64,000 nt of DNA from Anaerolineales bacterium (GTDB taxonomy: Bacteria > Chloroflexota > Anaerolineae > Anaerolineales > Villigracilaceae), in NCBI GenBank assembly GCA_050293165.1, contig JBNKMO010000059.1, positions 130 through 64,129 on the forward strand, read 5' to 3'. The notes under the pieces were generated by a model. It searched no databases. It had not been told where the DNA came from and was given only the letters and a program-made list of their open reading frames with translations. Shown here one piece after another: positions 54,821-63,621 of this stretch. The position numbers were made by a program, and so were the translations under genes. Position 1 is the first letter of the stretch; the number at the start of each line of letters is the position of its first letter.

Positions 54821-56009
54821 AAAAATCGTATCTCAAAACATTGATGACTACCGTCGCTTGATCGAAATCGCACGTGACCTTGCTTCTACTCTTGATCTTG
54901 ATGCCTTGCTCTACAGAATTGTAAAAATCGCTACCGAGATATCCAACGCCGAAGAAGCCTCCATCTTGCTCTTCGACGACGCGACGAGACAACTCCACTT
55001 TCAAGTTGCTACCAATATGGATCCGAATATGCGCGGTGTAGATGTTCCGTTAGAGGGCAGTATCGCTGGCTGGATTTTGACCAACCGCAAACCGGTCCGC
55101 ATCGGTGATGTACAAGTTGATTCGCGCCATTTCCCCGGCGTCGAAAACGCAACCAGCTATACAACCGAATCGCTTTTGGGAGTGCCGCTTATCACCAAAG
55201 ACAAGGTTGTCGGCGTGCTCGAAGTGCTTAACAAGAGAGATGGGCATTTCAGCAGAGTGGATGAAGAACTTCTGCTCGTCTTGGGCGCGCAAGCTGCGGT
55301 AGCTATCGAAAACACACGTCTCTTCCAACAATCCGATTTAATCTCAGAGTTCGTCCACGAGCTGCGTACACCGCTTGCCTCGCTCAGCACCGCAACTTAT
55401 CTCCTCTTGCGTCCTGAAATTTCACGTGAGCAACACGAGCAGATCGTCAACAACATCCATTCCGAGACCCTGCGCCTAAATGCCTTAGCATCTTCTTTCC
55501 TCGACCTTTCCCGTCTTGAGTCGGGACGGGTTCACTTCCATTACAAAAAAGTCGAGATCGCCCCACTCTTCAATACTTGCCGAGACATTATGCAAACCAA
55601 GGCGAACGAAAACAATATTGAGATCAAGATTGACATCAAGAAAAATACCCCTAAACTGGAGATTGACCCAGACAAGATCAAGCAAGTCCTTCTAAATCTG
55701 CTCAGCAACGCCATCAAATACAACAAACCCGATGGAACTGTCACCTTGCGCGCAAAGAAAGAAAAAGACCAGATGCGCATCGAAGTCGAAGATACCGGCT
55801 ATGGCATCCCCGCCGAAGCAATGCCGCACCTCTTTAAAAAGTTCTTCCGCGTCCACGAAACAGAGTCAAAGATCTCCGGTACTGGCTTAGGACTTTCGAT
55901 TACCAAACAAATTGTGCAGGGGCATAAAGGCACGATCAACGTCAAAAGCCAATCCGGCGCAGGCACGACCTTCATCATACATTTACCTTTACTTGCATCT
56001 CGCGACTAA
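54813..56009 (+). CDS. Soluble GAF-domain sensor histidine kinase
   Basis: GAF region, H-box VHELRTPL, N-box LLSNAIKYN, and G-boxes EDTGYGIP and GTGLGLSI. An 8-nt overlap with cobB. Confidence 0.88.
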   Translation: MTEKIVSQNIDDYRRLIEIARDLASTLDLDALLYRIVKIATEISNAEEASILLFDDATRQLHFQVATNMDPNMRGVDVPLEGSIAGWILTNRKPVRIGDVQVDSRHFPGVENATSYTTESLLGVPLITKDKVVGVLEVLNKRDGHFSRVDEELLLVLGAQAAVAIENTRLFQQSDLISEFVHELRTPLASLSTATYLLLRPEISREQHEQIVNNIHSETLRLNALASSFLDLSRLESGRVHFHYKKVEIAPLFNTCRDIMQTKANENNIEIKIDIKKNTPKLEIDPDKIKQVLLNLLSNAIKYNKPDGTVTLRAKKEKDQMRIEVEDTGYGIPAEAMPHLFKKFFRVHETESKISGTGLGLSITKQIVQGHKGTINVKSQSGAGTTFIIHLPLLASRD

Positions 56010-56069
56010 GAAAACAGAACTCTAGCAGGCAGCTGGGGGTCTGTCATAAAACGCTCAAGAAATGGAGAA

Positions 56070-56291
56070 ATGATGAAAAACAACAAAAATCTCGGCTATA
56101 TTATTTTTAGTATCGGTATCCTACTCTCGGTTATTACGCTGTTACTACTCCCTATCCCCGCATATGGGCTTTATCTCATCCTCGGCAATACCAGACCTGA
56201 TATGAACAAATTCATCCGCATTTTGGTTGCCATCTTTGGCTCATTCATTATTGTGATGGGAATCGCATCGATCGTTTCCTTTATGATGTAA
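56070..56291 (+). CDS. Small two-TM membrane protein
   Basis: A 73-aa protein with two hydrophobic helices. Confidence 0.5.
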   Translation: MMKNNKNLGYIIFSIGILLSVITLLLLPIPAYGLYLILGNTRPDMNKFIRILVAIFGSFIIVMGIASIVSFMM

Positions 56292-56321
56292 AACAAATTC
56301 TAAAATATGCTTGCTCCCAAT

Positions 56322-56342
56322 GCCGCCGAAAGGCGGTTTTTT
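56322..56342 (+). terminator. Weak rho-independent terminator
   Basis: ccgcc-gaaa-ggcgg followed by T6. Confidence 0.5.
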
Positions 56343-56488
56343 CATCCTATCTTACGCATAACTTCTGTGAAGTAAGACTTTCTCAGAGCTTACCATCTAT
56401 AAAACAGACATGGAACATGTTGTATACTTGTTGAACGTATAACACCTTCAAGTTTTATCCTTTGATACACCCCGCCGAGGAATAGATT

Positions 56489-57799
56489 ATGGATATCCGT
56501 GCAAAAATGCTTGCGCCAAAAGTCCCCAAACCTGATGCGGTTCCCGCAAGACCACCATCCACATGGGCGGAAGTGGATGAAAAAGGCCGCTTGATTTTAC
56601 CTGCTGACATCGCAACAAGCTATGGACTAAAACCCGGCGCAAAGGTCCGCCTGGACTCAGGGGAAGACGTTGTTCGTATGCACCGCCCAGTCACGCAACT
56701 CAACAAAGTCTATATCGAACCAACTGTCGCCTGCAACCTGGATTGCATCACCTGTTTCCGCAATGCCTGGGATCAACCCATCGGGCGCATGACCGAAGAA
56801 ACCTTTGCGAGCATTATGGCAGGATTGAAGGAAATGGATCCAATCCCCAGTATCTACTTCGGCGGGATAGGTGAACCACTCTTTCATCCAAAAACCATCG
56901 ATTGGATCGCTGAAGCAAAAGCGCTCGGCGTGAAGGTCGAGTTAATCACCAATGGGACAACGCTCACGGAGAAAAAAGCCCAAGAGATTATCGACACAGG
57001 CCTGGACATACTCTGGCTCTCTCTCGATGGGGCCACGCCCGAAACCTATTCCGATGTTCGCATGGGGGCTGAACTCCCTAATATTCTCAAGAATTTGCGC
57101 CGCTTCGCAAAAATGCGCCCGGCAGGGCATTACCCAAAACCTGAAATCGGAATCGCTTTTGTTGCCATGAAGCGCAATATTGCTGATCTGCCAGCAGTCA
57201 TCAAGCTGGGAAGATCGGTCAAGGCGCAATATTTTTCGGTCAGCAATCTCCAGCCAGCCACCGCCGACATGCAGACAGAACGCCTATACGAGCAGACCAT
57301 GCACAATATCGCCTATCTGGATGCGCCGCACCTGCCGCGCTTGAGCCTGCCTAAAATGGATTTTGACGAGCATACTCGCGAGGCGCTTTTCCAGACCTTC
57401 AATAGCCAGTTGAATATCAGTTTCGCGGGCAATAACTGGAGCGGCGCAAATGATACCTGCAACTTCATCGAAAGCGGTACGATGACCGTCGCATGGGATG
57501 GCGAGGTCAGCCCCTGTTGGCCCTTGATGCACACCCATACCAGCTATCTGCATGGCAAAGAACGCCTTTCGAAGAAACACAGCATCGGGAATGTACGCGA
57601 GCATTCGCTCCTGGACCTGTGGTTTGATCCCGATTATTTGGCATATCGCGAGCGCCTACACAACTTCGCGTTTGCCCCCTGCTCCTTCTGCGGGGGATGT
57701 GATCTATCAGAGACAAACGACGAAGACTGTATCGGCAATAACACCTTCCCTGTTTGCGGTGGTTGTTTGTGGGCACAAGGTATCATCCAGTGCCCGTAA
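56489..57799 (+). CDS. Radical SAM/SPASM maturase with an N-terminal SpoVT/AbrB-like domain (tungsten-oxidoreductase maturase type)
   Basis: AbrB-like VDEKGRLILPADIATSYGLKPGAKVRL, radical-SAM motif CNLDCITC, and C-terminal Cys-rich SPASM (CSFCGGC...CGGCLWAQGIIQC). Confidence 0.87.
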   Translation: MDIRAKMLAPKVPKPDAVPARPPSTWAEVDEKGRLILPADIATSYGLKPGAKVRLDSGEDVVRMHRPVTQLNKVYIEPTVACNLDCITCFRNAWDQPIGRMTEETFASIMAGLKEMDPIPSIYFGGIGEPLFHPKTIDWIAEAKALGVKVELITNGTTLTEKKAQEIIDTGLDILWLSLDGATPETYSDVRMGAELPNILKNLRRFAKMRPAGHYPKPEIGIAFVAMKRNIADLPAVIKLGRSVKAQYFSVSNLQPATADMQTERLYEQTMHNIAYLDAPHLPRLSLPKMDFDEHTREALFQTFNSQLNISFAGNNWSGANDTCNFIESGTMTVAWDGEVSPCWPLMHTHTSYLHGKERLSKKHSIGNVREHSLLDLWFDPDYLAYRERLHNFAFAPCSFCGGCDLSETNDEDCIGNNTFPVCGGCLWAQGIIQCP

Positions 57800-57824
57800 T
57801 TTATTAGTAGAAAGAAGAGACGCG

Positions 57825-58103
57825 ATGGATGTACACTTTTACGCAACACTGCGTGCCATTATCGGCAAAAAAACGGTCACGGTGGACATGCCCCCAAACA
57901 CCACTGCCTTGGCACTGATCGAATTGGTCTCAGCTAAGCACCCTGCCTTACGTGCGGAACTGCTGGATGCCGAGAATCGCTTTCAGCAGCACATGAAGAT
58001 GTTCATTAACGGGCGCGAGGCGGTCTACCTCGACGATAAATTTGAGACCATCATCCAACCGGATGACAAGATCGATGTTTTCCCTCCCGTAGGAGGAGGG
58101 TAA
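57825..58103 (+). CDS. MoaD/ThiS-family sulfur-carrier-like protein
   Basis: A 92-aa protein ending ...DVFPPVGGG (C-terminal Gly-Gly). The real start is the ATG at 57825. The track ORF from 57552 lies out of frame inside the radical-SAM gene. Confidence 0.8.
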   Translation: MDVHFYATLRAIIGKKTVTVDMPPNTTALALIELVSAKHPALRAELLDAENRFQQHMKMFINGREAVYLDDKFETIIQPDDKIDVFPPVGGG

Positions 58104-58104
58104 G

Positions 58105-58362
58105 ATGCAGACGATCATCCGTGAGATGCGCGGGATTCCGTTTTTTCTTTTGGTGGAATATCTCGAAGAGATGGGTGGGCGCTCATTAAACGATCAGCAA
58201 GTTCAGGGTCTGGGGTGGACCGTTACTTTATCCCGTATGGAACCGTTCAAGATCGGCTCACTATCCATCGGGCAGACGCGGCTCGAAATCCAAATCGAGG
58301 ATGCTGCGGTGGATGAGTTCATCAAGGCCTTTGGACAGAAAACGCTCCGCGCAGGCGGTTAA
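58105..58362 (+). CDS. Hypothetical 85-aa protein that also ends in Gly-Gly
   Basis: Its ATG is 1 nt after the MoaD-like stop (taaGatg). The C-terminus is ...KTLRAGG. Confidence 0.6.
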   Translation: MQTIIREMRGIPFFLLVEYLEEMGGRSLNDQQVQGLGWTVTLSRMEPFKIGSLSIGQTRLEIQIEDAAVDEFIKAFGQKTLRAGG

Positions 58363-58398
58363 AAAAAGACAGCCACTTTTTCAGTGACTGTCTTTTTT
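58361..58398. terminator. Bidirectional terminator between the convergent GG-protein gene and aor
   Basis: A7, then stem agacagccac / gtgactgtct (10 bp, 1 mismatch), then T6. Confidence 0.75.
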
Positions 58399-58413
58399 CT
58401 TAGATAGGGGAAA

Positions 58414-60240
58414 CTAGACGATTTCGAGTTCCTTGAGTTTTGCTTCGGGAACAACGCCGTTCTCCCAGCCGCGTTTCTCGTAGTATTCTCCGAGCATGTC
58501 ATCCAGCTCGCAGACGTGACCTTCGGAGCCGGGCATGGTGGAGGGTTCTTCCGTGAAGCGTTTGGGAAGTTGATCGCTGCCTGCGCCAAAGCCGACCAAG
58601 TTGTTGTAGTGGCGTTCGAGGTTGTAGATGCGTTCACCGGTTTTGAGTACGTCATCAGCGGTGAAGGGGACGCCGACCATTGCGGAGTATTGCAGAGCAT
58701 ATTCGTCTGCGCCCTGTGCGAATGCGCTGAACTTGCAGATGTCCATGCTGTCGGAGAAAGCGTGGAAGTTCTGGAAGATCATGACCAACTCGCCTTTGCC
58801 CTTCCACTCGAGCGGATCGACTTTGAGGGAGTTGAAGGGCATTACGCCCAATTCAGCAGCGGGGGTGTAGGCGCGCAAGTGGCAGGCACCGCGGTTAGAG
58901 GTAGCGTAACCCAGGCCTTCGCCTTTGAGACCACGAGGATCGTAAGCGGGGATGCCTTGACCTTTTGCGGTCATCGATAGTTCGGGATGACCAAAATATG
59001 CAGCGGTCGCATCTGCGCCTTCAGCCATTACATCGCCAAAGCCTTCGCGTGTGCCAATCATTTCGGCGGCGCGGGTCATGCCGTCAGCATCGCCCCATTC
59101 AAGGGTGCCTTCGTCTTTGGTGTAGCCTTTTTCGCTGGCTTCCATCCAGATCGAGAGCGGATGACCAATTTCAATGGCGTCGAAACCGTAATCGTTGGCA
59201 AGGTCAATCATTTTGGCGACCAGGCGAGCATCGTTATTGCCGCAGTTTGCGCCAACAGACCAAGCCGGTTCGTATTCAACCGATTCCATGCGCAGTCCTT
59301 TATAAGGACCGTCTTTGACTTCGACTTCCTTTTTGCAGGCGACCGGGCAAGCGTGACAAGTTGGGTCGTTGACCAACAGATTCTCTTTGATATATTCGCC
59401 ACTGATCGTTTCAGCACCTTCACCGAAGGAGGTAAACATACTGTTCTTGGCAGGTAGTGCGCCAATGCTGTTGGTGATATTCATCAGCACGTTCGTGCCG
59501 TAGACAGAAAGTCCACCCTTGCGTGGGCTGGTGATATTCTCTTCTGCCATAATGGTTTTGAGCACACGTTGCTGAACAGGCTTCCAGCCATCGCGATCTT
59601 CGGCTTTGACAATGTGTTTCTTCGATTTGATCACAATCGCTTTCAGGTTTTTGCTGCCGCCAACGCAACCGGTACCGCCACGACCGCTGGCACGATCATC
59701 TTCGTTCATCCAGCAGGCGTATTTGACCAGTTTTTCTCCAGCAGGGCCAATGGCAATCACACTCAGGTCTTTTTCACCATATTTTTCCTGGAAGAAATCA
59801 ACCGTGTCATGAACACCTTTGCCCCAAATTTCTGAAGCATCCAAAAGTTGGAAATCATCTTCTGTAATATATGCGTAAACGGGTTTATCAGCCTTACCTT
59901 TAAAAACCAAACCATCATAACCTGCCCAGCGCAAACGTGCTGCGCTCCAGCCGCCATGATGGCTATCAGTGACAGTGCCTGTCAGTGGGGATTTGGTAAC
60001 CACTGCCATACGCCCGCTCATATTTGCTTCTGAGCCGGTCAGTGGACCGTTCATAAAGCAAAGGATATTATCCGGTGAAAGTGGATCTACCTGCGGACCA
60101 TTATCAAAAACAAATTTGACACCCAATCCACGACCACCAATATACTTGCGCGCATCGTCTTCGGGAACGGGCTTGTTTTCTACCTTGCCCTCCGTTAGAT
60201 CAATCCACGCGATCCGATTTGCATAACCGCCTAATTGCAT
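58414..60240 (-). CDS. aor: Tungsten-containing aldehyde:ferredoxin oxidoreductase
   Basis: A 608-aa protein. N-terminus GYANRIAWIDLTEGKVENKPVPEDDARKYIGGRGLG, with [4Fe-4S]/pterin Cys motifs (CHACPVAC). Confidence 0.93.
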   Translation of the reverse strand: MQLGGYANRIAWIDLTEGKVENKPVPEDDARKYIGGRGLGVKFVFDNGPQVDPLSPDNILCFMNGPLTGSEANMSGRMAVVTKSPLTGTVTDSHHGGWSAARLRWAGYDGLVFKGKADKPVYAYITEDDFQLLDASEIWGKGVHDTVDFFQEKYGEKDLSVIAIGPAGEKLVKYACWMNEDDRASGRGGTGCVGGSKNLKAIVIKSKKHIVKAEDRDGWKPVQQRVLKTIMAEENITSPRKGGLSVYGTNVLMNITNSIGALPAKNSMFTSFGEGAETISGEYIKENLLVNDPTCHACPVACKKEVEVKDGPYKGLRMESVEYEPAWSVGANCGNNDARLVAKMIDLANDYGFDAIEIGHPLSIWMEASEKGYTKDEGTLEWGDADGMTRAAEMIGTREGFGDVMAEGADATAAYFGHPELSMTAKGQGIPAYDPRGLKGEGLGYATSNRGACHLRAYTPAAELGVMPFNSLKVDPLEWKGKGELVMIFQNFHAFSDSMDICKFSAFAQGADEYALQYSAMVGVPFTADDVLKTGERIYNLERHYNNLVGFGAGSDQLPKRFTEEPSTMPGSEGHVCELDDMLGEYYEKRGWENGVVPEAKLKELEIV

Positions 60241-60517
60241 TATTTTTACTCCTCTCTCTGGGGTAATTAATTATATGTAACAGGGGAATAGACTTAAATA
60301 GTCTAGCATTTTTCAATAAAGGAAGTCAATCCTTAAGTTTTTCCTTAATCAAGAAAAACCCTAAAAAGCAGCTAAAAACGGCTTAGTGTAGCCAGATTCC
60401 CTTCAAAAGGAAAATAAATCCCCCCTGTCTCGGAATAATCGCAGCAATGTATTTGGGCGGTGTCACATCAAAAGCAGGATTACCATATTGATACCATTTG
60501 TGTTTTTTCGCTTGCGT

Positions 60518-61411
60518 TTATTTTTTCTTTTCCTGCTTCTTTCCTTTTTTGTCAGTTTCAGAGAGAAATTCACGCGCAGCAATATCGGGCGCCTGCAAAG
60601 GATGATTTTCATGCTCAGAAAGATAATGCTGATGGTCAAGCACCCACAAGTAGAGATCGCCTTCGGTTTTATTGGGGAAGCTTTTGAGCACGTCACTCTC
60701 GCGGATAACCTTGATAATCGGCATATAAACCGTGTCGTACCAGTGCATCACCGCTTCATCCTCAGGGATGTCGCGTTTTAGATCGAGCCCCATGAAATAC
60801 CGATGTACGGCGATATGCTCAAGCATACGATAGAAACCATCCAGAATATTGAGTTTAATATCGGAATCAGGGCGTAGTTCATCGATCCGCGAGCGTTTTA
60901 AAAACTCGACCTTTTGCCCCAATATCTCAAGGTCTTCGGGACGCAGATCAGCATAAATGGAGACTTTTGTTTCACATTCGCGCACCTCTGCATCAATATA
61001 CGTTTGTCCCTTCTCACGTGCGACTGAAACACGATGATGCCCATCAACAACAAAGTAAACTTCGCCAACTTTGTAGAGCACTACCGCAGGCAGGCTGATA
61101 TCGTCATAAAAAGCACGATTAACGCGCTGCCAACGTTTGGCGGTATTTGCCTGTTTAGGCAAAAAGGCACGATCAAATTCGTAGTAACGGTTCAGGCTGC
61201 CGCTAATCTTGTCGATCTCGACGACTTTTACGCCTTGATAGATTGGGCCACCAATGGATAGCTTCTCTCTCACTTCATCATAAGAAAGCAATGTTGTCGG
61301 CTGTCCGGAAATGGCTGCCCAAACATCGTTAAAAAAAGCTTTAAATCTTGCACGTCTAAAATCAGACTGCACTCGTTCCGAAAGGGAATCAGATGGCATG
61401 GTCAACCTCAA
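60518..61411 (-). CDS. ParB/Srx-like N-terminal domain protein with a DUF4032-like C-terminal region
   Basis: VVDGHHRVSVAREKG (ParB/sulfiredoxin DGHHR box) and a Lys-rich tail KKGKKQEKKK. Confidence 0.65.
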   Translation of the reverse strand: MRLTMPSDSLSERVQSDFRRARFKAFFNDVWAAISGQPTTLLSYDEVREKLSIGGPIYQGVKVVEIDKISGSLNRYYEFDRAFLPKQANTAKRWQRVNRAFYDDISLPAVVLYKVGEVYFVVDGHHRVSVAREKGQTYIDAEVRECETKVSIYADLRPEDLEILGQKVEFLKRSRIDELRPDSDIKLNILDGFYRMLEHIAVHRYFMGLDLKRDIPEDEAVMHWYDTVYMPIIKVIRESDVLKSFPNKTEGDLYLWVLDHQHYLSEHENHPLQAPDIAAREFLSETDKKGKKQEKKK

Positions 61412-62027
61412 TCACTTTATAGGGGTAGATATTCATAATCGTCGTATTGCCAACTTCCGTAGTTGCTGCCTCCAGATTTTGACGGTAAAAATGGGTGTGT
61501 CCATGAAAAAGATAACGCGGTTGCGCCCACTTGACAAGCCAATTAAGCGCTTTTAAACCTTCATGAGCTTGAGTGTCGTCATCGTGAATACCAAAAGGCG
61601 GTGAATGAGTGATAAGCACATCCAGCTTACGACCTCGAAAAATACGCTGATAGAGCAATGCCGGTAAAAGGCTAAAAACTCGCAAATACATCTCTCGCTG
61701 CGTATATTGATTGACGCCATCAGGACGATATCGAATACTTCCTCCTAAGCCCGCGATCAACAAGCCCTTATGAAAAACAACTTTCCTGTCAATATTCAGC
61801 CCACCCTCAGCATAAGAGCGCTTATGCTCAGAACTATAGGCGGGGTCATGATTGCCCGGCACGTAGAAAAGGGGCTTATTAAGCAAAGTAACGATATATT
61901 CAAGATACTCATAAGGTAAATCACCGCAACCCAAAAGCAAATCAACATCGTCAAAATGTTTATCCGCCACCAGCGAATACATTCGCTCGACTACCTGATC
62001 ACTCACCGTCAAAACTTTCATCACCAC
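61389..62027 (-). CDS. Calcineurin-like metallophosphoesterase
   Basis: Contains GDLPYEY, VPGNHD, THSPP and GHTH. Confidence 0.85.
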   Translation of the reverse strand: MVMKVLTVSDQVVERMYSLVADKHFDDVDLLLGCGDLPYEYLEYIVTLLNKPLFYVPGNHDPAYSSEHKRSYAEGGLNIDRKVVFHKGLLIAGLGGSIRYRPDGVNQYTQREMYLRVFSLLPALLYQRIFRGRKLDVLITHSPPFGIHDDDTQAHEGLKALNWLVKWAQPRYLFHGHTHFYRQNLEAATTEVGNTTIMNIYPYKVIEVDHAI

Positions 62028-62030
62028 TTC

Positions 62031-63500
62031 CTAGATCACATACTCCACTTGGGCACCCTGTTCATCAATATAAGTGATGACGGAATTCATCTCACTCAGG
62101 TCGATAGAAAGCGTACAAACTTTATCATCCTTTTGCCATTGCAGATGGATGGCAGCGGCATCAGATTCAAGAACAGTAAAATTCCCGTCAAAGGCAGGAT
62201 ACTCATTCCTAAACTGGATCAACTTGCGAAGCCGCTGCACGACCTCGCGCCCGACCTCCTGCTTGATCTCGTTCAAGGAATAGTTGTGCCTGTTAATATC
62301 TCTGCCATCCCCACCTGCGTCGAGAACAGCGAGGTCATTCTCCCCAGCCAGCAAGCCGACATAGTAGACCTGCGGTACACCGGGCGCAAAAAACTGGATC
62401 GCGCGTGCGGCGAGATAGGCATCATCATCAGCGCCGAGCATCGAGTAGTAGGTACCGCGAATCTGATGAACGTCGAAGCCATCCGGGTCGCGGTACTTCG
62501 GGGATTTGATCAAGCTGAGATTTGATCCCCGCTCGAGACAGGTATCCACTAATTTTCTCGCGTCTGTTCCGTCATAGAGTCCATCCAGATCGGGTTTGAT
62601 CGGTACACCGTCATGGCAATCCAGCATGGTGAACTGTTTCGCAGGTCGCTCCTTGAGATAGGCAACGAGCGAGGTACTGTTGCGATTAAAGAGCGTTTCG
62701 AGCACACGATAGGGCAGGATAAAATCGTAAATCCAATGTCCCTGCTCGGCGAGTTTATACTGCGTGCTGTAGTGTGCGTGGACTTCAGGCAGCAGTTCAA
62801 TGCCATGTGAATTGGCGAGTTCGGTGATCCAGTCGAGAAAATCGTAGATTTCCGGCTCGACGAAGAAGAAGCTTGTTCCGGGCTTTTTGGTGATATAGCC
62901 AACCGCATCCAGGCGTACGATTTTGACGCCGTGTTTGGCGAAGTTCTCAAAGAAGTCTGCCAACAGTTGGCGCGTGGCAGGTGAATTGACATCAAGATCA
63001 ATCTGCTCGGAGGGCGTTGTTTTGCCGAAGGTCGTCCAGACACGCACGCTCTCGCCTGTATCCGCAATGGTGAAGTCAGAATAGGGTTCTTCGCGACGCA
63101 GGAATATCTTTTTGAAGTCTTCAGCAGGGATTTCGCCATCTGCCCAGATTTTATCGACAGTTAAAAACAGGTCAGCGTATGGCGATTTGTGACCATGCTG
63201 CAGAAAATCCTTAAAGAATTCGGATTTGGCAGAAATATGATTAACCATCAGGTCAAGCAAAATATCGTGCTTCTCGCTGAGACGACGAATATCTTTCCAG
63301 TCGCCGAAAGAAGGCTCAATTTCAAGATAAGTCAGCGGCGCAAAACCGCGATCTCCCGATGAGGGAAAGGGAGGCAGGATGTGGACACCGCCTTGAAAGG
63401 CATCCGGGAAATGGGTTTCAAGCACCTCATGGAGCGCTTTCAAGTCACCGCCGAGTGAGTCGGGGTAGGTGATGAGTTGAACTTTGTTTTTGACTGGCAT
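62031..63500 (-). CDS. Sucrose-phosphorylase-family (GH13_18) glycoside phosphorylase
   Basis: NKVQLITYPDSLGG, RLDAVGY and ELLPEVH motifs. The ATG at 63500 has an aagga SD. Confidence 0.87.
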   Translation of the reverse strand: MPVKNKVQLITYPDSLGGDLKALHEVLETHFPDAFQGGVHILPPFPSSGDRGFAPLTYLEIEPSFGDWKDIRRLSEKHDILLDLMVNHISAKSEFFKDFLQHGHKSPYADLFLTVDKIWADGEIPAEDFKKIFLRREEPYSDFTIADTGESVRVWTTFGKTTPSEQIDLDVNSPATRQLLADFFENFAKHGVKIVRLDAVGYITKKPGTSFFFVEPEIYDFLDWITELANSHGIELLPEVHAHYSTQYKLAEQGHWIYDFILPYRVLETLFNRNSTSLVAYLKERPAKQFTMLDCHDGVPIKPDLDGLYDGTDARKLVDTCLERGSNLSLIKSPKYRDPDGFDVHQIRGTYYSMLGADDDAYLAARAIQFFAPGVPQVYYVGLLAGENDLAVLDAGGDGRDINRHNYSLNEIKQEVGREVVQRLRKLIQFRNEYPAFDGNFTVLESDAAAIHLQWQKDDKVCTLSIDLSEMNSVITYIDEQGAQVEYVI

Positions 63501-63563
63501 GGGTTGTTCCTTAAAATTAGTGTCATTGCGAGGCGGGCACACTTCCGCCGTGGCAATCTCCTA

Positions 63564-63600
63564 AAACGTGACGAGTGAAACGTGAAACGTAAAAACGTGA
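63564..63600. repeat. Cluster of AAACGTG heptamers
   Basis: AAACGTG at 63564, 63578 and 63593, plus aaacgta at 63585. It lies in the intergenic spacer between the kinase-like gene and the phosphorylase gene. Confidence 0.55.
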
Positions 63601-63621
63601 CGCATGATACACCTTTACGCC

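Noticed and set aside
57552-57824. Track ORF 57552..58103 as a single 183-aa protein
   Set aside because: Its first 91 codons lie out of frame inside the radical-SAM gene. The MoaD-like protein starts at the ATG at 57825.
60241-60517. Moco/Wco riboswitch in the 277-nt region upstream of aor
   Set aside because: It contains a CCGAG word and some GA-rich stretches, but I could not reconstruct the conserved Moco-motif helices by eye. A plausible promoter (TTGACT-N18-TAGACT) lies only ~50 nt from the ATG. A covariance-model scan is needed before any claim.
63564-63600. CRISPR-like array
   Set aside because: The repeats are 7-nt words with 0-7 nt spacing in under 40 nt, and there are no cas genes. 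It is not a CRISPR.
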